Shown here piece by piece: positions 30,459-38,404 of a DNA stretch of 38,404 bases. The notes beneath the pieces are model-generated. The model ran no database searches and had not been told where the DNA came from. It was given only the letters and a program-made list of their open reading frames with translations. Both the position numbers and the translations under genes were made by a program. The DNA comes from an uncultured Dehalococcoidales bacterium (GTDB lineage: Bacteria > Chloroflexota > Dehalococcoidia > Dehalococcoidales > GCA-2688105). The DNA is taken from assembly GCA_964558705.1 (NCBI GenBank), contig CAZLFC010000004.1, forward strand, positions 1-38,404, given 5' to 3'. Every line of letters starts with the position of its first letter. The first letter of the stretch is position 1.

Positions 30459-32204
30459 TTGTTACTTGAATTAAGAGTCAAAGACATCGGTATCATCGAG
30501 GAGATAAACTGGCGTTTGAGTGGCGGCTTAAATGTCATCACCGGCGAGACCGGGGCCGGGAAATCTCTGGTAATTGATGCCGTGGAGGCATTGTTAGCCG
30601 GGAAAGTGGACGAAGAGGTTATCCGTCACAGTGCTACCGAAGCCCATATTGAAGGGGTTTTTGCCCTCCCTCAAAATGCGGATATCCACCAACTCAGCGA
30701 ATTCCTGGCAGAGAATGGCCTCAAAAACGATGAGGATACCCTAGTAGTAAACTGCGACCTGCGCAAGCAGGGTCGCAGTGTTATCCGGGTGAACGGGCAG
30801 TCGGTAACTAAAGGACTTCTGCAGCAAATCGGGCGTTTTTTAATTGACATTCACGGTCAAAGTGAACATTTATCTCTCCTTGACCGGAAATATCACCTCG
30901 ATTTCCTGGATGCCTACGCCCATACCACGAACCTGCGACACAGTTTCAGTGATAAAGCTACCAGACTGTTTAAGGCGGAACAGGAACTGAAAGCGCTGGC
31001 TGAAGAGGCAAAAGACCTGACTCGCCAAGAGGAATTCCTGCGCTTCCAGCTAGACGAGATAAGCCGAGCTAAACTACGAGAAGGGGAGGAAGAGGAGCTG
31101 GAGAAGGAACGAAATGTCCTTGCCTCCTGCGAGAAGCTAAAATCGCTTTCCTACGAAGTTTATCAGGCTCTGGCCACGGAAGATACCTCATTTTCTTCAG
31201 TTTTAGTTAAGTTGAATAAGGCTGTCCAGACAATGAAAAAGCTGGTGGAGATAGACCTCTCTCTCAAACAGCAGCTGGACTTCCTGGAGGAGACTTCATT
31301 CGGGCTTGAGGAAACAGCACGAGACATTCGCGCCTATAGTGACCGGTTAGAATACGACCCGCAACGACTCGAAGAAGTAGAGTCGCGCTTAGAACTCGTT
31401 AGAAATCTAAAAAGGAAATACGGGCCAACCGTTACCGAGATTTTAGATTACCTGAAAAAGGCAGAAAGCGGACTGGCAGGACTGTCCCGTTCTTCCGAAA
31501 GGCGTGCCGAGCTTGAGCAAATATGTTCCGCTCTCAAAAAGGAGATGGGACAAACAGGCATTGAGCTTTCCCGGGCACGTTCCCAGGCAGTCAAGAGGCT
31601 GGTAGCTGAAGTGAAGCAAGAACTGCAGGAACTAAACATGCCCCAGGTTGAATTTGAAGTAGCTGTAACCCGGCTCCAAGCTGAGGACGGAATCCCGGCT
31701 CCTGACGGAGCAACCTATGCCTTCAACAACGAGGGTATCGATAATGTAGAGTTTATGGCTGCCACGAATCCCGGGGAACCTATCAAACCCCTGACTAAAA
31801 TTGCCTCCACCGGCGAGATTTCCCGTTTCATGCTAGCCTTAAAAGGAGCCCTTTCTCAAGCCGATAGCATCCCGGTACTCGTGTTCGATGAAATTGACAT
31901 CGGGGTGGGCGGCAGGAGCGGCGAAATAATCGGTAAAAAACTCTGGCTTTTAGCCCGGAACCGCCAAGTGATTTGCGTCACCCACCTGCCTCAAATCGCG
32001 ACTTTCGGTGACGCCCATTACAGCGTGCACAAGGAGGTCTCCGGCACTCGAACCCTGAGCGTGCTGGAGACCCTTCAAGATGAGTCGCGACTCAAGGAAC
32101 TCGGCGCCATGCTGGGCGGTCCCCAGTATACCGCAACATCCCTGGATAACGCTCGTGAGCTTATACAGAAAGCGGAAGCCTGGAAAGATACCTACCGCTC
32201 ATGA
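30459..32204 (+). CDS. recN: DNA repair protein RecN
   Basis: TTG start (MLLELRVKDIGIIEE) and Walker A GETGAGKS. A long coiled-coil middle is present. The C-terminal signature and Walker B are (SGGEISR-like TGEISRFMLALK, VLVFDEIDIGVGG). Confidence 0.9.
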   Translation: MLLELRVKDIGIIEEINWRLSGGLNVITGETGAGKSLVIDAVEALLAGKVDEEVIRHSATEAHIEGVFALPQNADIHQLSEFLAENGLKNDEDTLVVNCDLRKQGRSVIRVNGQSVTKGLLQQIGRFLIDIHGQSEHLSLLDRKYHLDFLDAYAHTTNLRHSFSDKATRLFKAEQELKALAEEAKDLTRQEEFLRFQLDEISRAKLREGEEEELEKERNVLASCEKLKSLSYEVYQALATEDTSFSSVLVKLNKAVQTMKKLVEIDLSLKQQLDFLEETSFGLEETARDIRAYSDRLEYDPQRLEEVESRLELVRNLKRKYGPTVTEILDYLKKAESGLAGLSRSSERRAELEQICSALKKEMGQTGIELSRARSQAVKRLVAEVKQELQELNMPQVEFEVAVTRLQAEDGIPAPDGATYAFNNEGIDNVEFMAATNPGEPIKPLTKIASTGEISRFMLALKGALSQADSIPVLVFDEIDIGVGGRSGEIIGKKLWLLARNRQVICVTHLPQIATFGDAHYSVHKEVSGTRTLSVLETLQDESRLKELGAMLGGPQYTATSLDNARELIQKAEAWKDTYRS

Positions 32205-32252
32205 AGAAAAGCAAACTAGCTATCACTGATAATAAACAAGCACCCAACACAT

Positions 32253-32762
32253 TCACCCCAAAAAAGCGGTAATTACCCCTGCCTGAAATACTTCAGGCAG
32301 CATTGCCTTAACAAAACCCAGGCTCGTAACCAGCCAGGTAAGAACGCCGGAACCCGTCACGGCCTGCTCCAGCCAACCGGCAATGGGATAAGCTATAACC
32401 AAAAGGGTAAAAACCGCCATACCTAGCGCCGAATTAAAAAGATTAAGGATGCCTCCAGTTAGCCTGAAAATAAGCCCTTTGCTCCAGATTTTTTGAATAA
32501 TTTTTCTCGGCAGTAAGAAGATTAATTGAAATATGGCACTTATTATGGCCAGTGTAATAAAAAACCCGACAAAATTCTCCCAGTCCTCTCCGGGCAAAAA
32601 GGAGAGGGCGGTAGCCAGCAGGCGATAGGAGATGCCGGCGAGGGGAATGGCAATGATGAGCGCTATCAGGGAAAAGAAGCTCTTAACCGCCCCGTCTTTA
32701 ACCCCACCGCCAAAGCTGAGAAAAAGCACCAGAACTGCCAGAATACTAACCCATACCATCAT
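32253..32762 (-). CDS. cvpA: CvpA-family membrane protein
   Basis: 169 aa with 4 hydrophobic helices and a CvpA-like N-terminus (GGGVKDGAVKSFFSLIALIIAIPLAG). Confidence 0.65.
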   Translation of the reverse strand: MMVWVSILAVLVLFLSFGGGVKDGAVKSFFSLIALIIAIPLAGISYRLLATALSFLPGEDWENFVGFFITLAIISAIFQLIFLLPRKIIQKIWSKGLIFRLTGGILNLFNSALGMAVFTLLVIAYPIAGWLEQAVTGSGVLTWLVTSLGFVKAMLPEVFQAGVITAFLG

Positions 32763-32777
32763 AACCCCCGGGTGAAC

Positions 32778-33197
32778 CTAGTACCGTCTAACAGCCTTGT
32801 AAAATTCTTCGGGAGATTTACCAAGGGACAACTTCTCCATAGGACAGATGTCATTGCCAAGATTGTTCAAGATGCGAGTAACAACCCTGGAAAAATGATA
32901 CTTTATGCCGAAACTATCTAAACTCTGAATGGCCAGCTGACTGCCTAAAAAGCTGTAAACCTCAGCACAAAGGGCTTCTCTCAAGAGTAAAGCCGCCGCG
33001 TTACCCACTACACGGTCGAAAACAACCGCGCCCTTTATCTGAGGCACAAAATTATAGATGTAATCGAGCAGGGGAATCAGCCCTTTCTTCCTGGACTGGA
33101 AAATGAGCTTATCCCGGTCGTATACCCAAAGGGTATCCTCACTGCCCATGAACCGGTCAAGTAAGTGATTGTATGTCAGTCGTTTCCTTAACGCCAC
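32778..33197 (-). CDS. DUF1893 (TM1506-like) domain protein
   Basis: 139 aa. The pattern FDRVVGNAAALLL...EVYS...S..A...L...GIKY......ILN..G...CPMEKL matches my recollection of the DUF1893 family. Confidence 0.6.
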   Translation of the reverse strand: MALRKRLTYNHLLDRFMGSEDTLWVYDRDKLIFQSRKKGLIPLLDYIYNFVPQIKGAVVFDRVVGNAAALLLREALCAEVYSFLGSQLAIQSLDSFGIKYHFSRVVTRILNNLGNDICPMEKLSLGKSPEEFYKAVRRY

Positions 33198-33369
33198 TCT
33201 ATATAACCAATCTAAATAACCATGTGTTTGAATACCTTACTATTTTCTGGAAAAGCTTTCAAGTCCCCTGGTTAATCGGCTGCCCCATCCAGATTTTCGA
33301 CGAGGCTTGGTAAGACGCCAGGGACCACGACAACAGCGCGTGGTACTTCGACCGGTTCTTGAGTCGGTA

Positions 33370-33759
33370 TCACCTCTTTGGGTTGAGAACACGAACAACA
33401 GCTTCTCTCAGGCTGGTCACGCTCAGGGGTTTAATCAGGTAATCGACAGCACCCATCCCGAGAGCTCTGTCCCGCTGTGGCACTCCGGCTGAGGCAGTGA
33501 ATACAATTACGGGAATTGCTGATAGCTCCAGCTCACTTTTCATCGCCCGCAGGACGCTCCAACCATCACGCCCGGGTAACCGCAAATCCAGCAGCATCAG
33601 AGCAATATGATGTTCCCTGGCTAATCTCAAGCCAGTATCACCATCGCTGGCCTGAAGAACCCGGTAACCCTCCAGCTCAAGTACCCGGGAGACAAAAGTC
33701 AGGACTTCAGCCTCATCTTCTATAGTAAGGATCGTCTTTACGCCACACGACCTTGCCAT
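33370..33759 (-). CDS. Single-domain response regulator (CheY-like)
   Basis: ILTIEDE, LLDLRLPGRDG, VFTAS and KPL; 129 aa. Confidence 0.85.
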   Translation of the reverse strand: MARSCGVKTILTIEDEAEVLTFVSRVLELEGYRVLQASDGDTGLRLAREHHIALMLLDLRLPGRDGWSVLRAMKSELELSAIPVIVFTASAGVPQRDRALGMGAVDYLIKPLSVTSLREAVVRVLNPKR

Positions 33760-34093
33760 AACTCCAGCCTTCCTTATTTATAACGGCAATCCATCGAACT
33801 GGCTGAACCGACCCGCTTACGAGTTAGCCTTTTGTCACATTAATGGCTCTCGCACTCCTTCTTCCGACGTTAATATGCCCGGCCCAACCATAATATAGCC
33901 TGCACACCCTATATACTTTTACCATTAAAGTTGTCATTTGTCAATATATATGCCTAGAGACACACTAACAACCCGGTTTTAAACAATTCGCTTTTGCCAT
34001 CCTGTCCATTATTGACTAAACTGTAAGTCAGATGTATTCTTATACAAACTTTTGACATACAGAGCGTCAGACACCAAGTAAGGTCAACCTTAA

Positions 34094-34591
34094 ATGCTAA
34101 AGAGTGTTATAACCGTAGTTATGGTGTTATCTCTGGCAGCCACCATCGGATGTTCAGAGATAGCAGAGCTGACCGGCACATCATCTTCAGCAGGCCCTGA
34201 GATAGTCAGGCAAGCCGAGCTTGGTTCAGAGTGGCAAATGAATCAGATGAAACTGGAGGTAGACGTCGGCGAAGAGCTATCAATACTCCTGAAATTAGCC
34301 GATGGGGACAAGGTAGATGGCTACTTCTACCTTGAAAAAGGTGGGGACATAGCTTTTAACGTAACTGGCAACTCTCTAATCTATAAGTCTGAAGACGAGA
34401 CAGCCACAGCCTCCGGAGGGACGGATTCAGACCGTTTTTCTTTTGTCGCCGACCAGGCTGAAGGAACTACTTATACACTAACCTTCGACAATAGAAATGG
34501 TAGCGCCGCTACGCCAGCGAAGGTAACCGTTTTCCTGGAGGTCATTTACCCCGCCACCGGCTCCATATTCGTGCCGGTGGGGACAAAATAG
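34094..34591 (+). CDS. Hypothetical lipoprotein
   Basis: Signal peptide with lipobox LAATIGC. I recognise no family. Confidence 0.5.
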   Translation: MLKSVITVVMVLSLAATIGCSEIAELTGTSSSAGPEIVRQAELGSEWQMNQMKLEVDVGEELSILLKLADGDKVDGYFYLEKGGDIAFNVTGNSLIYKSEDETATASGGTDSDRFSFVADQAEGTTYTLTFDNRNGSAATPAKVTVFLEVIYPATGSIFVPVGTK

Positions 34592-34621
34592 CCTGTTCTG
34601 GCGGCACAGACATCCGAGAAG

Positions 34622-36451
34622 CTAGTCTTCAAACTTCTTTTCTATCCCCGCCGGGGGGATACCGTTCTCATCCCAGCCACGCTTCCGATAGTATAAAGAG
34701 AGCAGCCTCTGAAAGTCTTCCCGGTCGACCACCTTACCCGCATTCGGGCCAGTGAGCAGCGGATTGGCATATACTTTGTAAGGAAGCGAGTCATCCTGGC
34801 GACTGGTGCCCAAACGGGTATTAATCAGGCGCGTCAGGCCATAGATGTCATTCGAGAGCTCCAGAAGCTGTTCGAGTGACAAATCATTGCCGGTCACATG
34901 CTTATAGAAGTATTCATAGTGCCTTTCGTTCAGCCCCAGTTCAATCCAGGGCAGACGGCAAACGCCAAGCATATCAAAGAGCGGGCGTAATGTCTGATGA
35001 TATATGACCGTGTCCACCTTGTCTTCGTCCGACCAATTCTGGCCCTCTTCCATTTCCTTGGCGATAGTCCATGCCCGCGTGTGATGTGCCCCGATGTCCG
35101 AAGTAGCATAAGCCAGCGCCATCGAACTGCCGGCGTGGCTGTCGTAGGCGGACTGCTCAAGGCCTTTGACCTGGAGGATTAATTTATCCATCTCCGGCCA
35201 TTTTTCAATAATGCGCCGGGACCCGTCAGCGATAATATCACCGATACCTTCCCGGTTAGCGATTTTTCGTAACAGCTCTAAAATCGCCTCCTCATCTCCC
35301 CAGGTGATATTTCCGCCGTCCAGGTCAGCCAGGGACAAAATCCCCTTCTCGTAGCCCTCTATTACCGCACCCACCAGGTTGCCCACGGAAATCGTATCCA
35401 TGCCCATTTCGTCGCACAATCGGGTTGCCGAAAGTATCGCCGCGAAGTTGTCTATCCCCAGGTTGGAACCCAGCATGGCACACGATTCATATTCCGGACC
35501 CTCCACCACCACGCCCGAATATTTCCCATCCTTAACGAGGCAAACATTGCCGCAACACATTGAGCACGAAAAACAGGCGCTGTCACCTATTTTATAGTTC
35601 GCCAGCATAGTCTCACCGTTGATAAGGTCACTCCGGGCAAAAACACTGTCCTTGAAGTTATACGCCGGCAGAATCCCCTTCTCGTTGGCGTAGTCAATGA
35701 CATTCATCAGCCCTTCCTGCTGCCACATTTTGAAATATTTGTGTTCTGCCAGGTACTGGTAAGCCTTATCAGCCTCGGCCATAAGTCCGTTCAAATCATA
35801 GATGGGCAGGTCCCGATGCCCGTTCACCACAATCGCCTTGAGGTTCTTTGAGCCCAAAACTGCCCCCATTCCGGTCCTCCCCGCGTTACGGCCCCAATCG
35901 GCGTTGATACAGGCAAACTTCACCATATTCTCGCCCGCCTTACCAATAACGGCAACTCGAGCCACATGGGTGTCCAGCCGTTCTTTTATAATTCCCTCGG
36001 CTTCCAGACAGCTTTTGCCTGTCAACTCAGGCATGGGAAGAATCGTCGTTTCACCGTTGTCTACGAAAAGGACAGACAGTTCCGGTGCTCTGCCGGTAAT
36101 AGAGAGAACATCGACTCCGGTCTGTCTGAGTTCAACACCGAAGTTACCGCCTATGGAGGAATCACCGTAGAGGCCGGTCGCCGGTGAGATAGCGACAAAG
36201 GAGTTCTTCCCCGATGAAGGCAGGTAAGCCCCGGTTAAAGGCCCCGGAGCAATAACCAGTAGATTCTCCGGGCCCAGGGGGTCTATCTTGAAATTATGTT
36301 TCTTCAAATTGTCCCAGACCAATTTCGCGCCAAAACCGCGCCCGCCAACATATTTCTCGATAAAAGCGTCCGAAATGTCCCGGCGCTCGATAGAACCACT
36401 GGTAAGGTCTACGTGTAGATGTTTCTTAAAATATCCACTTTTTATACTCAT
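34622..36451 (-). CDS. aor: Aldehyde:ferredoxin oxidoreductase family (tungstopterin) enzyme
   Basis: 609 aa. The AOR N-terminal signature is (VDLTSGSI...YVGGRGFGAKL). The Cys cluster region is CFSCSMCC, and C-terminal AOR domains are present. An ATGA overlap links it to the upstream ferredoxin gene. Confidence 0.9.
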   Translation of the reverse strand: MSIKSGYFKKHLHVDLTSGSIERRDISDAFIEKYVGGRGFGAKLVWDNLKKHNFKIDPLGPENLLVIAPGPLTGAYLPSSGKNSFVAISPATGLYGDSSIGGNFGVELRQTGVDVLSITGRAPELSVLFVDNGETTILPMPELTGKSCLEAEGIIKERLDTHVARVAVIGKAGENMVKFACINADWGRNAGRTGMGAVLGSKNLKAIVVNGHRDLPIYDLNGLMAEADKAYQYLAEHKYFKMWQQEGLMNVIDYANEKGILPAYNFKDSVFARSDLINGETMLANYKIGDSACFSCSMCCGNVCLVKDGKYSGVVVEGPEYESCAMLGSNLGIDNFAAILSATRLCDEMGMDTISVGNLVGAVIEGYEKGILSLADLDGGNITWGDEEAILELLRKIANREGIGDIIADGSRRIIEKWPEMDKLILQVKGLEQSAYDSHAGSSMALAYATSDIGAHHTRAWTIAKEMEEGQNWSDEDKVDTVIYHQTLRPLFDMLGVCRLPWIELGLNERHYEYFYKHVTGNDLSLEQLLELSNDIYGLTRLINTRLGTSRQDDSLPYKVYANPLLTGPNAGKVVDREDFQRLLSLYYRKRGWDENGIPPAGIEKKFED

Positions 36452-36981
36452 AGCTCTTCCTTTCCTATCTCGGCGTAATGGATAACCTTCTTTTCACCCT
36501 TTTCATAATATTCAATTTCTTTCATTTGAGTATAGCTCAAGACATTATTCAGGCGTTTGGACTCGCCAAGAGCATCCTCCGGAATAAGCCTGAGCGCACC
36601 CTTAGGACATTTCTTGACGCATTCAGGGTCGCCACCGCACATATCGCACTTAATAGGCAGGTCACATTCTTCATGAGCGTATATCGCCCCGAAAGGACAC
36701 GCTTCCACGCATTTATAACAGGATATGCATTCCGACTCGTCCAGTTGTACGACACCGTTGACCCTTTTCAGAGCATCCGTGGGACATACCTGGGCACAAG
36801 TGGGCACTTTACACTGGCTGCATACGATAGGCATTCTCATAACCGGATGCGGGTATGTATTTATTACTCTTATGGCCGCTTTCTTCGGATTGACCACTCC
36901 GAAATGTTTAATTGCACATACAATTTCACATATCCGGCAACCGGAACACTGCTCTGGAATTACGGTCAACTTTTTCGACAT
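36448..36981 (-). CDS. 4Fe-4S polyferredoxin-like protein (AOR electron-transfer partner)
   Basis: Four CxxCxxCxxxCP-type motifs are present (CSGCRICEIVC, CSQCKVPTCAQVCP, CISCYKCVEACP, CDMCGGDPECVKKCP). The RBS is gaaggag. Confidence 0.85.
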   Translation of the reverse strand: MSKKLTVIPEQCSGCRICEIVCAIKHFGVVNPKKAAIRVINTYPHPVMRMPIVCSQCKVPTCAQVCPTDALKRVNGVVQLDESECISCYKCVEACPFGAIYAHEECDLPIKCDMCGGDPECVKKCPKGALRLIPEDALGESKRLNNVLSYTQMKEIEYYEKGEKKVIHYAEIGKEEL

Positions 36982-37011
36982 CAGACACTCCTTCGAAAGA
37001 CTTGTTAAGGC

Positions 37012-37020
37012 ATTATATCA
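37012..37020 (-). promoter_or_regulatory. Extended -10 (TGaTATAAT) candidate promoter of the ferredoxin-aor operon
   Basis: The minus strand reads tgatataat about 31 nt upstream of ATG 36981. No strong -35 was found. Confidence 0.35.
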
Positions 37021-37117
37021 CGGTTCGCTCTTTTTGACTCTAATGCCGGCTATTATGTTGTCAGGACATGCGGCGACCCGCGAGTACTCAGCGGAGACCG
37101 GCTACCCGGTGACAGGC

Positions 37118-37897
37118 TCAGCATTTATGATAGCTCAGATACATGCAGATGGCACCGCAAGCGGCTACATTTAGTGATTCTGCTTTGCCCCGGATAGTAG
37201 GCACCCTCAACCTGTAATCGGACGCGTCCAGTATCGAGCTCGAAAGGCCGGACGCCTCGTTACCCAGTGCCAGCAGCAACTTATTCTGGTCTTGAAGAAC
37301 CGACGGGTCTGCCACGCCGCCAAGGTCCGCGGCTAACAGGGAGTAGCCGCTATGTTTCAGTGCCTTTACCAGCTCCAGATAACGGGGAGTCCTTCTAATC
37401 CATAAAGATAACACCGTGCCGGCAGTTGATTGGACACATTTTGGAGACAGGGGGTCGGCGCATTTTTCCGTCAGGATAATCCCGGAAAAATCAAAGGCTG
37501 CGGCCGTGCGGATGAGAGTGCCCACGTTCCCCGGGTCTTGAACATCCTCAAGCAGCAGGATTTTGGCACCGCTGTTGTCCGGCAGCTGGCCGGAGTATAT
37601 ATCCCGGGGTAGACGAACGACCGCCATAGTCCCCTGAGGTGTCTTGGTGGATGATATCGAGTGTAACTGGCTATCAGTAACCAGGCGTTCAGGGTATTTG
37701 TGGTAATAGGGAGATAGCTCCTCTGTGGATACAATTTCAATTATTTCATCCGGATTACTGCTGATTATCTGCCTGATAGCCCGGTCCCCTTCAACAAGGA
37801 ACGCTTCGGCCTCAAGTCGCCCCTTTCTCGTGGCAAGGTTCTTGTACCATTTGATAGGCTTCAGCGCATTGGTTCTGTCATCGGGCATTAGTAACAC
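37118..37897 (-). CDS. TrmH/SpoU-family RNA 2'-O-methyltransferase
   Basis: 259 aa. SpoU motifs are present (LLEDVQDPGNVGTLIRTAAAF, LALGNEASGLS, ESLNVAACGAI). Confidence 0.8.
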   Translation of the reverse strand: MLLMPDDRTNALKPIKWYKNLATRKGRLEAEAFLVEGDRAIRQIISSNPDEIIEIVSTEELSPYYHKYPERLVTDSQLHSISSTKTPQGTMAVVRLPRDIYSGQLPDNSGAKILLLEDVQDPGNVGTLIRTAAAFDFSGIILTEKCADPLSPKCVQSTAGTVLSLWIRRTPRYLELVKALKHSGYSLLAADLGGVADPSVLQDQNKLLLALGNEASGLSSSILDASDYRLRVPTIRGKAESLNVAACGAICMYLSYHKC

Positions 37898-38172
37898 CGT
37901 ATCTTCACCCTCTGTCTACAGCAGTGTTGCCGTCAGTCATTGAAATTCTCTCCAATAATAGCACGGTATCTCCATTTTAGTGAACTCCATGAACCCGGCA
38001 CTGACTACTCTCCGCAACAACAATCCGTAGTTTTAGCAAACAGCCTTCTTAATTCCTCACGGTCGGATTATCTGAAACTGAGCTTAGCCTGTGATTCTTT
38101 TGTAAGGTTTTGAGGTCTGTTTGTGACGTGCGTGTAAGCTGGCTCCATTAAAGTGAAACTACAAAAGCGAAA

Positions 38173-38188
38173 TGGCATCCAGGTTGCC
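38173..38188 (+). promoter_or_regulatory. Sigma-54 (-24/-12) promoter P3
   Basis: TGGCATCCAGGTTGCC has GG at 38174-38175 and GC at 38186-38187 (exact GG-N10-GC). It lies 37 nt upstream of GTG 38224. Confidence 0.55.
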
Positions 38189-38223
38189 TGAAAGCTGAAA
38201 GCACCAAGAACCGGGGGCTATAA

Positions 38224-38404
38224 GTGAGAACCAAGAAAGCCAGAATAATCTCCTTCTTCGTAGCAATCACACTCTTACTGCCGTGGTCAGTGACCTACGC
38301 CAGTGATGCCGGTGACGGTGTGGTCGGTTATGTGGCTGATGCCCCCACAATTGTTTCCAATGATACGTATTTTGATAAACAGTGGGCACTGACTAAAATT
38401 CAGG
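38224..38404 (+). CDS. Secreted subtilisin-like (S8) peptidase, N-terminal fragment; continues past the right edge
   Basis: Manual translation gives VRTKKARIISFFVAITLLLPWSVTYASDAGDGVVGYVADAPTIVSNDTYFDKQWALTKIQ. It has a signal peptide plus the NDxYFxxQWxLxKI motif typical of the start of S8 catalytic domains. Confidence 0.5.
   Translation, partial: MRTKKARIISFFVAITLLLPWSVTYASDAGDGVVGYVADAPTIVSNDTYFDKQWALTKIQ

Noticed and set aside
36478-37174. Plus-strand ORFs of 176 aa and 149 aa overlapping the ferredoxin gene and promoter region
   Set aside because: They are antisense to a ferredoxin with four canonical Cys motifs. They have no RBS or recognisable domains.
1-38404. tRNA or rRNA genes and CRISPR arrays
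   Set aside because: I saw no T-loop (GTTCGAATC-like) or cloverleaf candidates in the intergenic regions. There are no short regularly spaced repeats; the only repeats are the two protein-domain duplications and short operator-like repeats.

Overview
This is a 38.4-kb chromosomal window from what looks like a strict anaerobe. The gene content would fit Chloroflexota/Dehalococcoidia-like organisms, but taxonomy cannot be proven from the sequence.

Gene content, left to right:
1. A minus-strand corrinoid uptake and salvage operon (btuF-btuC-btuD-cbiB-cobD-cobT, with cobT truncated at the left edge) sits behind a cobalamin riboswitch.
2. ccdA, a TlpA-like thioredoxin and a small Cys protein follow. 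Next are a SAM methyltransferase in an AT-rich patch and a small zinc-ribbon protein.
3. trpS, archease and rtcB.
4. A NarL-type two-component pair is divergent from a soluble NuoE/NuoF/FdhA-type (Cys, not Sec) formate dehydrogenase operon. A small ORF heads that operon, and its C-terminal roughly 60 aa recur as a C-terminal extension of FdhA.
5. The most unusual part is 20.3-30.2 kb. It encodes a short sigma-54 (RpoN)-like protein translationally coupled to an [FeFe]-hydrogenase-like sensor histidine kinase. A membrane histidine kinase and an NtrC-type sigma-54 activator follow. Two textbook -24/-12 promoters then drive receiver (REC)-fused outputs: REC fused to a GltD/NfnB-like FeS flavoprotein, and REC fused to a twin 4-Cys module. 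A third, decayed REC paralogue follows.
6. The two kinases share a 638-bp perfectly identical transmitter segment. The two outputs share a 439-bp REC segment with only 2 mismatches.
7. recN, cvpA, DUF1893, an orphan REC, a lipoprotein, and a ferredoxin-AOR (aldehyde:ferredoxin oxidoreductase) operon.
8. A TrmH-family methyltransferase, then a third -24/-12 promoter in front of a truncated secreted S8-like peptidase.

I recognised no tRNA or rRNA genes, CRISPR arrays or transposases.
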